Part shown: one piece after another, positions 37,220-46,582 of the stretch | How the letters are laid out: every line of letters starts with the position of its first letter | How positions within the stretch are numbered: the stretch's first letter is position 1 | Notes under the pieces: model-generated | Seen by the model: the letters and a program-made list of their open reading frames with translations, nothing else | What the model was told of the DNA's origin: nothing | Database searches by the model: none | Translations under genes and position numbers: made by a program | Source: an uncultured Syntrophaceae bacterium | GTDB taxonomy: Bacteria; Desulfobacterota; Syntrophia; Syntrophales; UBA8958 | Length of the DNA: 64,000 nucleotides | Assembly: GCA_964492965.1 (NCBI GenBank) | Contig: CAZBME010000006.1 | Span: 5,672-69,671, forward strand | Direction of reading: 5' to 3'

Positions 37220-39391
37220 TTAGCTGATAAACAGCATCTCCCAGAACTTCGGCATGGGCCACTCGTCATCGGCCACGATTCCTTCCAGGGCGTCGACGTA
37301 TTCGCGCAGTTCGTTCATCTTCGTCTTGACTTTCCCGCAGAGCATTTCGGCCTTTTTTTGTTCGTCGTGAATTGCTCCGGCCTTTTCGACTCTCGCCAGG
37401 ACCTCCTTGTTCGTCGCGTAGGCCTTATTGACCAGATCGACGAGGGTCTTGAGGATTTCCTGCTGGGCTGCAAGGTCAGCTCCTTTACCCAGGGCATCCC
37501 TCGTGCCGATGATGGTCTTCGCAAGGGTCTTCTGATAGGCCGTTACTGCGGGGATCACCTGATTCATGCACATATTGTTGAGGCATTTGACCTCTATCTC
37601 CAAGTCCTTGATGTATTTTTCGAGATAGATCAGATACCGGGACTTGAGTTCCACATTGGACAGGACCTTGTATTTGTCGAAGAGGTCGAGAGCCTTTTTA
37701 GTGACCAGGGCCTTCAGGGCCTCAGGCGTCGTTTTTGCGTTGGGAAGGCCCCGTTTGGCAGCTTCTTTTTCCCATTCGGCCGTGTAGTTGTCGCCGTTGA
37801 AAAGGATCCCCTTGATCTCCTTGATTTCCTTCTTCAGGACGTCGAAGACGGCCTGATTGATGTTTTTCCCATCCATGGCCTTGATCTTCGCCGCCATGTC
37901 GTCGAGGCTTTCGGCGACGATGGTGTTGATGACTGCCGCCGGGAAAGAGATGGACTGGGAGGAGCCGACGGCCCTGAATTCAAACTTGTTTCCCGTAAAG
38001 GCAAAGGGCGAAGTCCGGTTTCTGTCGGTGTTGTCCTTGCTGACGATGGGCAACGACGAGATGCCCAGATCGATAATGGCATGGTCCGTGGCCTTGGAAA
38101 TGCGACCCTTTTCTATGTCTTCGAGGATCTTGGTCAGTTGTTCGCCCAGGAAGATGGAGATGATGGCTGGCGGGGCTTCGTTTGCGCCCAAACGATGATC
38201 GTTGGCGTAGGACCCCACGGAGGCCCGAAGGATGTCGGCATGACGGTAGACGGCGCGGACGGTGGCAATGAGGAAGACGAGAAACTGGATATTGTCTTCA
38301 GGTGTGTTGCCGGGATTCAGGAGATTGTTCCCGTTATTGTCCGACAGAGACCAGTTTACGTGTTTGCCGGAGCCGTTGATGCCTGCGAAGGGTTTTTCAT
38401 GGAGGAGGCAGGCGAAATTGTGCTTTTTGGCCACGGACTTCATGGTGTCCATGACGATCTGGTTATGATCAACGGCAATGTTGGCCTCTTCAAACATGGG
38501 GGCGAGTTCGAACTGGCTGGGGGCCACTTCGTTGTGCCTCGTCTTGGCGGGAACGCCGAGCTTGAAGAGCTTCTCTTCCACATCGTGCATATAGGAAGAG
38601 ACCCGTTCCTTGATCGTGCCGAAATACTGATCCTCCAGTTCCTGGCCCTTTGCCGGAGGGGCACCGATGACGGCCCGGCCGCCGAGGACAAGGTCCTCAC
38701 GCTTGAAGAAGTAGTCCGTGTCGATGAGGAAATATTCCTGTTCCGGTCCCAGGGTCGAATAGACGCGCTTTACATTTTTGCTGCCCAGAATCTTGAGCAT
38801 GTTGACAGCGCTCTGGTTGACGGCCTTATTTGACCGCAGAAGGGGGGTCTTCTTGTCGAGGGCCTCACCCGTGTAGGAGATAAAGGCCGTCGGGATGCAG
38901 AGGGTGGTGGAAATGCCGTTTCTGCGGATGAAGGCGGGCGAAGAAATATCCCATGCCGTATAGCCGCGGGCCTCAAAGGTGGCGCGGATGCCGCCGCTGG
39001 GGAAACTCGATGCATCCGGTTCCCCCTGGACCAACTGCTTGCCGGAGAACCGCTCGATGACCTCGCCCATCCCGATGGGATCGACGAAGGCGTCATGCTT
39101 TTCCGCCGTAATACCCGTCATGGGTTGGAACCAGTGGGCGAAGTGGGTGGCGCCTTTTTCAAGTGCCCATTCCTTCAGGGCGTGCGCCACAATATTGGCC
39201 GTCTCGATGTCGAGAATCTTATCCTCATTGATGGCGTCAAGGACTTTTTTGTACGTGTCTTTCGGGAGCTTGACCTTCATGGCCTTGAGGCTGAAGGTAT
39301 CCTCGCCGTAATACTCCGATATGGGCGAGAACTTCTCCTTCTCAACAATGTCTTTTCTTTCTGCTGCGATTGTTGGGCTGATATTCTTCAT
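37220..39391 (-). CDS. glnN: Glutamine synthetase type III
   Basis: Part of track ORF 37220..39529. The start is taken at ATG 39391 (MKNISPTIAAE...; RBS GGAGGAATT immediately upstream). The roughly 723-aa size and GATHFAHWFQPMTG...NGSGKHVNWS are typical of GS-III. Confidence 0.9.
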   Translation of the reverse strand: MKNISPTIAAERKDIVEKEKFSPISEYYGEDTFSLKAMKVKLPKDTYKKVLDAINEDKILDIETANIVAHALKEWALEKGATHFAHWFQPMTGITAEKHDAFVDPIGMGEVIERFSGKQLVQGEPDASSFPSGGIRATFEARGYTAWDISSPAFIRRNGISTTLCIPTAFISYTGEALDKKTPLLRSNKAVNQSAVNMLKILGSKNVKRVYSTLGPEQEYFLIDTDYFFKREDLVLGGRAVIGAPPAKGQELEDQYFGTIKERVSSYMHDVEEKLFKLGVPAKTRHNEVAPSQFELAPMFEEANIAVDHNQIVMDTMKSVAKKHNFACLLHEKPFAGINGSGKHVNWSLSDNNGNNLLNPGNTPEDNIQFLVFLIATVRAVYRHADILRASVGSYANDHRLGANEAPPAIISIFLGEQLTKILEDIEKGRISKATDHAIIDLGISSLPIVSKDNTDRNRTSPFAFTGNKFEFRAVGSSQSISFPAAVINTIVAESLDDMAAKIKAMDGKNINQAVFDVLKKEIKEIKGILFNGDNYTAEWEKEAAKRGLPNAKTTPEALKALVTKKALDLFDKYKVLSNVELKSRYLIYLEKYIKDLEIEVKCLNNMCMNQVIPAVTAYQKTLAKTIIGTRDALGKGADLAAQQEILKTLVDLVNKAYATNKEVLARVEKAGAIHDEQKKAEMLCGKVKTKMNELREYVDALEGIVADDEWPMPKFWEMLFIS

Positions 39392-39459
39392 AATTCCTCC
39401 ATGTATATAAGATGTGTTGGTGACTTTATTCTTATCCTTCAGTTTATTGCCTGTGTTGC

Positions 39460-41793
39460 CTATTCCAGAGGGGTGTTTTCCACGAGCTCCCATATCCCGC
39501 AGGGGCAGGCCGCGGCACAAAAACCGCAACCGATGCAGCGGTCTCCATCCACAGCATACTCATAGGCATCTCCTGCCAATGTGTTCCGGGAGATGGCATT
39601 TTGCGGACAAAGGGTCTCGCAGAGTCCGCAGTCCCGGCAGGCGCCGCAGGAGGCGCATTGGCTCGAACAGGTGTTCAGGTCTCCCTGCGGGCTGACGCGG
39701 GGATTGTAATACTCCAGATGAATCCGAGCCGGTTCGATGGCCGGAAGGTTATCGTAGGTGTTCTGACGGCCCTGCAGGATATCGTCAATCGTCCTGGCGG
39801 CAATCCTGCCTGCGCCGATAGCCTCCGTCAGAAGACCTGGACGCACGGCATCGCCAATGGCGAAAACCTGGGGATCGCTCGTTTGATATCGGTCATTGAC
39901 GGCGATGAATCCTTTATCAAGGACAAGGTCTTCCGGAAGGAAGGGCATATCCGGCGCATCGCCGACGGCCATAATGACCGTATCAGCCGGGAGCAGTTCG
40001 CCATCGGTCAACTCCACGCCTTTTTCCGTAACGGCCTTGGTAAATTTCGGCCATAGAAATTTTGCGCCTGCGGCCTCGGCATGCTTCCGCTCAACGCCGA
40101 AGGAAGCCGGTTCCTGAATGTCTATCAGGGTGATCTCTTTGGCGCCCAGGCGCGCAGCTTCAGCGGCGGCATCGCAACCCACATTGCCGGCGCCTATGAT
40201 GACGACCTGACGGCCGACCTGAATCTGATTTGCCTTGCTCAGCCGGAGGAAATCCAGGGCGGCCATAGCCATTTCCTGGCCCGGCACGGAAATCCTGCGG
40301 GGTTTTTGCGCCCCTGCCGCAATGATCACCGCATCATGTTTCCCTTTGATTTTCTGAAACTCCTTTTTCGTGAGGGGCTTCTTCAGGTACACCTGACTGA
40401 TCTGATCCTGGATTCGCTTCAGTTCATGGCCCACGACCTCGTCGGGGATGCGGCTCTTGGGAATCGTGGCGGTGATCTTCCCACCCAGACTCTCTTCCTC
40501 CTCGTAGACCACCGGTTGATGGCCCATCATCCACAACTGCCAGGCGGCGGAAAGACCTGCCGGACCGCCGCCGATGATGGCGGCCGTCTTTCCCGAAGTT
40601 GGGGCTGGTGTCGGTAATTTCGCCGATAGGGAGGCCTTTCCGAGACCGGCCACGTCCAGTGTGGGCATCTGCATGATCTGACGTGTACAATTTGCCATAC
40701 AGAGGTTTGGGCACAGATAACCACAGACGGTTGCCGGGAAGGGGGTATAGGTCAGGGCCAGATCCACGGCTTCATCCATTTTCCCCTGGCGGATGAGGCT
40801 CCAGCGCTTCTGAACGGGTATTCCCGTCGGGCAGGAGGCTTGACAGGGGGGGAGGTGCTTTTCGTTTTCCCAAAAGGGAATATAGCGTCGCAGTTCGCCT
40901 GCGGGAATGATGTCGATGACGTCCCGGGCAATATCCGTCAGGTCGCCGATGAGGCCGCTTTTCCCCAATTCCTGTTCCCATACTTCTTCACGAAACTGAT
41001 GGAGGCTCCGGACGGTTTTGCCTGCTTTCTCGTAGGGTTTGCGGGCAACAAGGATCTGCCAGGCGGAGCGGTCGGCGGTAAGGATCGCATACAATTCCGT
41101 TCTCCCGACAGACTTGAGGAACGTCGCCATGTTATCCTTCAGCCATTTCCAATCGGCGTCGTCGAGAACGGTCAGCTTGGCATCTTCTTCGCTGAAGCCT
41201 TGATGGGGACCCCGGAAGAAAATCTTGCCGCTTACCATCCCCACGCATGGGCGGTAGCCCATAATGTTTTCGTAACGCGGGGTATCGTGTCCGCAGACCA
41301 CGGCAATGCCGCCGGCCATAAATTCGGCAAAGGAATCACCGACGCTGCCCAGGACCCAGAGTTCCGGGGGGTTGAAACGGGGGTTCTGCTTGGTCATCGT
41401 CATGCCCCGGGCGCCGATATCCCCGACGATATAAATCTTTCCCTGAGCCATGGCATTAGCCACGCCGTTTGAGGCGTGACCACGAACAATGATCTGTGCG
41501 CCGGCGTTAAGCCAGCCCACATCGTCGGAACAAGGACCAAAGACGTCGATGGTGGTATTGGGAAGTCCCATGGAACCCACACGTTGCCCTGCCGATCCGA
41601 GGACGCGGATCAGGATTTCTTCTTCGTCGGCCTTCCAGAGGCGGCCTCCGATACCATGTTGCCCGTAGGCGTGAATCTCTATGCAGCGATGTCCCTTCCT
41701 GACCGCCTCCTGAAGGGACGCCTCCAGGGTTCGTGTATTCACCCTGACGCCGTCTTTCATTCCCGGAATGATGATGGTGGGTTTATATGGCAT
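39460..41793 (-). CDS. Glutamate synthase GXGXG-domain protein fused to GltD-like NAD(P)H oxidoreductase and a C-terminal 2x[4Fe-4S] ferredoxin
   Basis: 777 aa. The N-terminus reads IEIHAYGQHGIGGRL...VLGSAGQRVGSMG...VRGHASNGVANAM...VGDIGARG (GXGXG). The middle reads CQASCPTGI...AAIIGGGPAGLSAAWQL...VVIIGAGNVGCDAA (GltD). The end reads CASCGACRDCGLCETLCP...CIGCGFCAAACP. Confidence 0.85.
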   Translation of the reverse strand: MPYKPTIIIPGMKDGVRVNTRTLEASLQEAVRKGHRCIEIHAYGQHGIGGRLWKADEEEILIRVLGSAGQRVGSMGLPNTTIDVFGPCSDDVGWLNAGAQIIVRGHASNGVANAMAQGKIYIVGDIGARGMTMTKQNPRFNPPELWVLGSVGDSFAEFMAGGIAVVCGHDTPRYENIMGYRPCVGMVSGKIFFRGPHQGFSEEDAKLTVLDDADWKWLKDNMATFLKSVGRTELYAILTADRSAWQILVARKPYEKAGKTVRSLHQFREEVWEQELGKSGLIGDLTDIARDVIDIIPAGELRRYIPFWENEKHLPPCQASCPTGIPVQKRWSLIRQGKMDEAVDLALTYTPFPATVCGYLCPNLCMANCTRQIMQMPTLDVAGLGKASLSAKLPTPAPTSGKTAAIIGGGPAGLSAAWQLWMMGHQPVVYEEEESLGGKITATIPKSRIPDEVVGHELKRIQDQISQVYLKKPLTKKEFQKIKGKHDAVIIAAGAQKPRRISVPGQEMAMAALDFLRLSKANQIQVGRQVVIIGAGNVGCDAAAEAARLGAKEITLIDIQEPASFGVERKHAEAAGAKFLWPKFTKAVTEKGVELTDGELLPADTVIMAVGDAPDMPFLPEDLVLDKGFIAVNDRYQTSDPQVFAIGDAVRPGLLTEAIGAGRIAARTIDDILQGRQNTYDNLPAIEPARIHLEYYNPRVSPQGDLNTCSSQCASCGACRDCGLCETLCPQNAISRNTLAGDAYEYAVDGDRCIGCGFCAAACPCGIWELVENTPLE

Positions 41794-41816
41794 GGGGAAC
41801 TCCTGCTTCCTTCATC

Positions 41817-43451
41817 TTATAAAACATAGCGGATCTGAAGCCTTTCGGCGGCAGCGCTGTCGGCAATACCCAGGGCGTCGGACATGCCTATTGGCAGGGA
41901 GGTTGAACGGCCGAGAGGCGCCATGATCTTCTTCAGCTCCTGGTCGAAGCTCAAATAGACATCAACAAGGCGCTCCGCCACTTTCTCCGGGTCCAGACGC
42001 CGATAAAGCCTGGGGTCCTGGGAAGTGATGCCTTTGGGACACAAGCCGATATTGCAGATGTTGCAGCGATCGCTCTCGGAACCAAGGCACCCCGCCGCCG
42101 CCTGCATGATATATTTGCCAATCTGAACGCCGCTGGCGCCCAGCATGATCAGGGCCGCGGCATTGGCGGCCAGATTGCCGTTCTTGCCGATGCCGCCCCC
42201 CGCAAACAGAGGGATTTCGTTCTGCTTGCCGATTTTAACCAGCGTCATATAGGCGTCGCGAATGTTACTGGCTATGGGGTGCCCCATGTGATTCATGGAA
42301 ACATTATAGGCCGCGCCTGTGCCGCCGTCCTCGCCGTCGATGGCGAGCCCTGCCGCATAGGGGTTTCTCGTCAGGTTGTTCAGGACGGCAAGAGTTGTGC
42401 TCGTCGCGGAAATTTTGGGATAGACGGGCACCCGAAATCCCCAGGCCATGGCCATGGACTGGATCATCTTTGCCACCGATTCTTCAATGGAATACTGGGT
42501 CTGGTGCGTCGGCGGACTGGGGAGATTTATTCCCTGCGGGACGCCACGGATGGCGGCGATGAGCTTGTTGACCTTGTACCACATGAGAAGGCCGCCGTCA
42601 CCGGGCTTCGCGCCCTGGCCGTATTTGATCTCGATGGCGCAGGGGTCTTCCTTCATGTCCGGCAGGGCATGGATGATTTCATCCCAGCCGAAGTATCCGC
42701 TGGCGATCTGCAGAATGATGTACTTCAGAAACCGGGACCGCAAGAGCCGCGGCGGACATCCGCCCTCGCCCGTAGAAACACGAACCGGCATTCCCTTCTC
42801 TTCGTTCAGGTAGGCGACACCCATCTGGATGCCTTCCCACATGTTCGGCGACAGGGCGCCGAATGACATGCCGCCGATGATCAAGGGGTAGATCTCCCGT
42901 ACGGGAGGAACCCAGCCATTCTCGTTCATGGTTTTGACCAGATCTTCCGCCGGAAGAATTCTGCCCAGAAGGGTGTGGAGTTCGAAATCGTGGCGGCCTG
43001 CATCGAGGGCCGGATCCGTGAGCATAGAGATGCGGATGAACTTGATTTCGTCGAGCACACTGCGGGGATCGTTGCGCCGGCCGCCCCGGCGGCGTGGGAC
43101 ACCACCCTGATTGATATGGAAACGGAGCTTGTCAATCTCTGTGCTGCGGATAGGTTGAATGCACCGGTTCGGACAGGCGAGATCGCACATGCCGCAGCCG
43201 ATGCAGGCATGGGCCGGATCGGTTCGCTGATCGATGCCGTGATAGACTGTGAAAAGATTACCCGGTTTCTCCTCCAGTCCGACAGTTGTCTGAACGATAC
43301 GTTTGCGGTGAACGCCCAGTTCGATGGCCCGGACGGGGCATACGGCAGTACAACGGCCGCAGAGGGTGCAGGTCTCCTTATCCCAGACGATTTGCCAGGG
43401 AAGATCGCTTGTGCTCAGGGTAGAAGGGCCTATCTTTCCCATTGATTCCAT
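41817..43451 (-). CDS. Glutamate synthase FMN-binding subunit with N-terminal ferredoxin domain (archaeal-type)
   Basis: 544 aa with CTLCGRCTAVCP...CIGCGMCDLACP, GGMSFGALS, TGEGG, YGQGAKPGDGGLL, IDGEDGGTGAA and AGGGIGKNGNLAANAAALIMLGASG. RBS AGGAGG lies 7 nt before ATG 43451, and the gene overlaps the upstream gene by 22 nt. Confidence 0.85.
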   Translation of the reverse strand: MESMGKIGPSTLSTSDLPWQIVWDKETCTLCGRCTAVCPVRAIELGVHRKRIVQTTVGLEEKPGNLFTVYHGIDQRTDPAHACIGCGMCDLACPNRCIQPIRSTEIDKLRFHINQGGVPRRRGGRRNDPRSVLDEIKFIRISMLTDPALDAGRHDFELHTLLGRILPAEDLVKTMNENGWVPPVREIYPLIIGGMSFGALSPNMWEGIQMGVAYLNEEKGMPVRVSTGEGGCPPRLLRSRFLKYIILQIASGYFGWDEIIHALPDMKEDPCAIEIKYGQGAKPGDGGLLMWYKVNKLIAAIRGVPQGINLPSPPTHQTQYSIEESVAKMIQSMAMAWGFRVPVYPKISATSTTLAVLNNLTRNPYAAGLAIDGEDGGTGAAYNVSMNHMGHPIASNIRDAYMTLVKIGKQNEIPLFAGGGIGKNGNLAANAAALIMLGASGVQIGKYIMQAAAGCLGSESDRCNICNIGLCPKGITSQDPRLYRRLDPEKVAERLVDVYLSFDQELKKIMAPLGRSTSLPIGMSDALGIADSAAAERLQIRYVL

Positions 43452-44545
43452 ATTACAACCTCCTGCCGGTGCGGCGGGATCATGACCGTGTCATATTTCA
43501 TGGGCTGGAAATCTTCACTCTTGTTCCGGGCCGGGATGGCTGCATCCAGGCCGCACATTTCCGAGGATAAGGCGTACATGCCACAGGTTCCCCCAACAAT
43601 TCCGGGGCGAAGCTTTTTGCTGTCCTGCACCATAAAGATCGTTCGATCGGGCAAGCAACCGATCACACAATTCGGGCCGTCAATAATCAGGGGCCGGCAG
43701 GCGTGCTTGAGGGCTCGCAGACGCTCTCCATTGGGATGACGATCGAGTTCTTCATCCTTAAGAGGCGTGAGGATATGCTTGTACATATCCAGGTCCATGC
43801 CGAGCTTTTTCCGGGCAAAGTGGAGGGTGTGGGTAAGAACCTCTGAATCGGACTGGTAACCCACATAGCCGGCATAATTCCGGGAGGCTAGGTATTCACG
43901 AATGGGACCAAAAGCGGTGTTTTCGCCATTGGTCATCGTGGAAAACCCCTGAATAAAGAAGGGGTGGCACGCATAGATATCGATGGCGTAATTCGTGTTC
44001 TGCCTGCCTTGAGCCAGAATGATCCGGGCCTGGAATTCTTCGTTGTCGAGTCCCAGGTACTCGGCAAGGGTAAGAGGATCGCCTACCTCCTTAATCATGA
44101 TCACATCGGGCCAAAAACTGAAGACCATCATGGACCCGTCCTGTTTCCCCATTTGTTGAAGTTTGAGGCGCGTGAGCATAAGGCGGTATTCGATTTCTTC
44201 GTTGCTCAGGGAGTTCCAGTCCGGAGGATAGTCGTAGACCCGGACGAGATAATTGTCCCTTTTCGGCGTTCCCGGGGGCGGTGTTTTGGCCGGCCGGATG
44301 GAGAGCTTGTATTTAATCATGAAGTCCAGATCCATCATGTAGCGATCCAGGGTCCGGATGCCCTCGTTGGAAAAGATACCCGACAGAATCGGCGCGCCTT
44401 TGAAGCGTTCGAAGGTTCCTCCCAGATCGGTCAGAAACAATCCCACCCCGGATCCATCATGGCCTTCTTTCATGACGTTCAAGGCATGAATGGCGGTCAT
44501 GGGCGAAAGGGGCTCCTGGCTTGTGATGGCAAATAATCGGCACAT
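43430..44545 (-). CDS. Glutamate synthase class-II glutamine amidotransferase subunit (stand-alone)
   Basis: 371 aa beginning MCRLFAITSQ (Cys directly after Met, as in Ntn-GATases), then HDGSGVG...TNGENTAF. It is the first gene behind the sigma-54 promoter at 44613-44628. Confidence 0.85.
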   Translation of the reverse strand: MCRLFAITSQEPLSPMTAIHALNVMKEGHDGSGVGLFLTDLGGTFERFKGAPILSGIFSNEGIRTLDRYMMDLDFMIKYKLSIRPAKTPPPGTPKRDNYLVRVYDYPPDWNSLSNEEIEYRLMLTRLKLQQMGKQDGSMMVFSFWPDVIMIKEVGDPLTLAEYLGLDNEEFQARIILAQGRQNTNYAIDIYACHPFFIQGFSTMTNGENTAFGPIREYLASRNYAGYVGYQSDSEVLTHTLHFARKKLGMDLDMYKHILTPLKDEELDRHPNGERLRALKHACRPLIIDGPNCVIGCLPDRTIFMVQDSKKLRPGIVGGTCGMYALSSEMCGLDAAIPARNKSEDFQPMKYDTVMIPPHRQEVVIWNQWER

Positions 44546-44612
44546 ATGAAATCCTCTCTATCGATGAATGTTCCATCGAAAGCGTCGACCGGGTCTATGT
44601 AAAAAATAAAAT

Positions 44613-44628
44613 AGCGAAAATGATGCCA
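44613..44628 (-). promoter_or_regulatory. Sigma-54 (-24/-12) promoter candidate
   Basis: The minus strand reads TGGCATCATTTTCGCT, with a TGGCA -24 element and GC of the -12 element at the exact consensus spacing (TCGC versus TTGC). It lies about 70 nt upstream of ATG 44545. Confidence 0.65.
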
Positions 44629-44732
44629 TAAACCAACATGCAACTAATTTTTTATAGTTTCCCGATATATATGGGTTCTATCGGCATCATGGGCGGGAAT
44701 GGCCTCTTTTGATTAAGCAAAAAGAACAAATA

Positions 44733-44748
44733 TGTATTTATTGAGACA
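44733..44748. promoter_or_regulatory. TGT-N10-ACA (NifA-type UAS pattern)
   Basis: TGTATTTATTGAGACA, read directly, about 105 bp upstream of the -24 element. The pattern is short and could be chance. Confidence 0.2.
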
Positions 44749-44756
44749 ATAAACGA

Positions 44757-44768
44757 ACAAAATTGTTT
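44757..44768 (+). promoter_or_regulatory. ACAAAATTGTTT box, candidate enhancer element, copy 2
   Basis: An exact 12-mer that recurs inverted at 46390-46401, and as an 11-mer (AACAAAATTGT) at 29373-29383. It lies about 130 bp upstream of the sigma-54 -24 element and 8 bp after the activator stop. Confidence 0.35.
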
Positions 44769-44775
44769 CGTTCCG

Positions 44776-46332
44776 TTATTGGATTGTTCCCGTTGCGGCT
44801 TCCCGTTTCTTCTGGTTAAACTTCTTGGGATCGATCTCCAGTTTTTGTATTTTGTATTGGATAATACGCTTGGTGGTCCCTAATAGTTTTGCCGCCTTAC
44901 TCTGATTGCCCTTCGTTTCCTTCAAGGCGTCGATAATCAGTGAGCGTTCCTGGGATTCGATGACGGTGTTGAAGCGCCCGGTTTCCTTTTTTTCGCCCTC
45001 CCGTATTTTGGTCTGCAGGGAGGGCGGAAGGTGAATCATTTCAATGGAATCTCCCTCCGCGAGAATAACCGCCCGCTCAATGCAGTTTTCGAGTTCCCGC
45101 ACGTTGCCGGGCCATTTGTGGGTCAAGAACGCCTCGATGACGCCCGTGGATATTCTTTTTACTGGTTTCCCAATTTCTTTCGCATATTTCAGAACGAAGT
45201 GATCGGCCAGGAGGATGATATCGTTACCTCGTTCGCGCAGGGGCGGCAGGTAGACGGGAAAGACGCTCAGGCGATAATACAGGTCGTTACGAAATTGCCC
45301 GGCGGTGATACAGTCCTCCAGGCGGCGATTCGTCGCCGCTATGACCCGCACATCCGTCTTGACCAGACGGGGAGAGCCCAGGGGTTGAAACTGCCTTTCC
45401 TGAAGAACTCTGAGCAGTTTTGCCTGGGCAGCGGCGGACAGCTCCGACACCTCATCGAGGAAGATCGAGCCGCCGTTGGCCTCTTCAAACCGCCCGCGAT
45501 GCTGCCGCAGGGCTCCCGTAAAAGCCCCCTTTTCATGACCGAAGAGTTCGCTTTCAATGAGCGTATCGGGTATGGCGGCGCAATTGACCTGAATCAAAGG
45601 GCCCTTGCTGCGGGGGCTGTTCATATGGATGGCTTTGGCGATGAGTTCTTTGCCCGTACCCGTTTCTCCATTGATGAGGACGGTTGTACTGGAGTCGGCC
45701 ACATGGCTGATCAGGCCGAAGACTTCCTGCATTCCCTTGGAATGTCCTATGATATCCGTAGAGGGGGTCTTGCCCTGATTGATGATCTGTCGCAGGCGAC
45801 GGTTTTCCTCTTCCAGGGCCAGGATATGGACGGCCTTGGCAATGAGTTCGGCCACGGAGGATAAAATAGCCAGTTCGCCGTCCAGGTTTGTGACGTTTTT
45901 GTACCCTTTGTCTGCCGAGAGGATGCCAACCACCCGGGAATCGTACATGATGGGGACGCAAAGGAAAGACAATTCGTCCTGGTTCAGGAATCGTCTGGCA
46001 CCCGTACGATCCAGAAAGAGGGCTTCTTTGCCGAGGACGGGAATAGCCATGGGGCGACCGGTCTGGGCGACCTTGCCGGTAATACCCTCACCCATTTGAT
46101 ATGAGATTTCCATGCCTTCGAGGTTGACGCCGTGGGCGACCTCCAGCCAGACTTCGCCATTATCGCGGTTCAGAAGGGCAATCATGCCCCGTTCCATCCC
46201 AAGTCGTTTATTCATTTCGCCCATGACCTGCTCAAGCTGGTCCCTCAGGTCCCAGGGTTGGGCCAGGATCTTGGCTATGGCATGCAGGGCGGCCAGTTCT
46301 TCGTAATTATGATTGCTCATGGTGTCATCCAT
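44776..46332 (-). CDS. Sigma-54-dependent transcriptional activator with N-terminal GAF domain (NifA-like architecture: GAF, AAA+, Fis-type HTH)
   Basis: 518 aa with a GAF-like N-terminus, an AAA+ core ([19 protein letters not shown]...GAFTGA...GGSIFLDEV...ATNR) and a C-terminal HTH ([20 protein letters not shown]). It has no receiver domain. Confidence 0.9.
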   Translation of the reverse strand: MDDTMSNHNYEELAALHAIAKILAQPWDLRDQLEQVMGEMNKRLGMERGMIALLNRDNGEVWLEVAHGVNLEGMEISYQMGEGITGKVAQTGRPMAIPVLGKEALFLDRTGARRFLNQDELSFLCVPIMYDSRVVGILSADKGYKNVTNLDGELAILSSVAELIAKAVHILALEEENRRLRQIINQGKTPSTDIIGHSKGMQEVFGLISHVADSSTTVLINGETGTGKELIAKAIHMNSPRSKGPLIQVNCAAIPDTLIESELFGHEKGAFTGALRQHRGRFEEANGGSIFLDEVSELSAAAQAKLLRVLQERQFQPLGSPRLVKTDVRVIAATNRRLEDCITAGQFRNDLYYRLSVFPVYLPPLRERGNDIILLADHFVLKYAKEIGKPVKRISTGVIEAFLTHKWPGNVRELENCIERAVILAEGDSIEMIHLPPSLQTKIREGEKKETGRFNTVIESQERSLIIDALKETKGNQSKAAKLLGTTKRIIQYKIQKLEIDPKKFNQKKREAATGTIQ

Positions 46333-46389
46333 TCAGAGATGTTTTGCAATTTAATTAAGCATGTCTTATACCATGAGGGGAGAGTAGTC

Positions 46390-46401
46390 AAACAATTTTG
46401 T
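46390..46401 (-). promoter_or_regulatory. ACAAAATTGTTT box, copy 3 (inverted relative to copy 2)
   Basis: The plus strand reads AAACAATTTTGT. It sits in the divergent intergenic region between the activator gene (start 46332) and the PPDK_N gene (start 46583). Confidence 0.3.
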
Positions 46402-46508
46402 ACAAAAATGGACAAAGGTAAAATATTGAGAGATAGAAGACAAAATCGTATAAAAAATAAATTGGGATTGTTATCTTTAATTCTGATATAAAATAGTATG
46501 CAGTGACT

Positions 46509-46529
46509 GGTCAGAAGTCAAGAGTCAGG
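46509..46529 (+). repeat. Three tandem heptamers containing GTCA (GGTCAGA AGTCAAG AGTCAGG)
   Basis: GTCA occurs at 46510, 46517 and 46524 with an exact 7-nt period, 55-75 bp upstream of ATG 46583. Confidence 0.4.
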
Positions 46530-46582
46530 CGCGATGGAAGCGACTGCGATCATTCCTGCAAGCAAAGAAAGAAATCGAGGTT

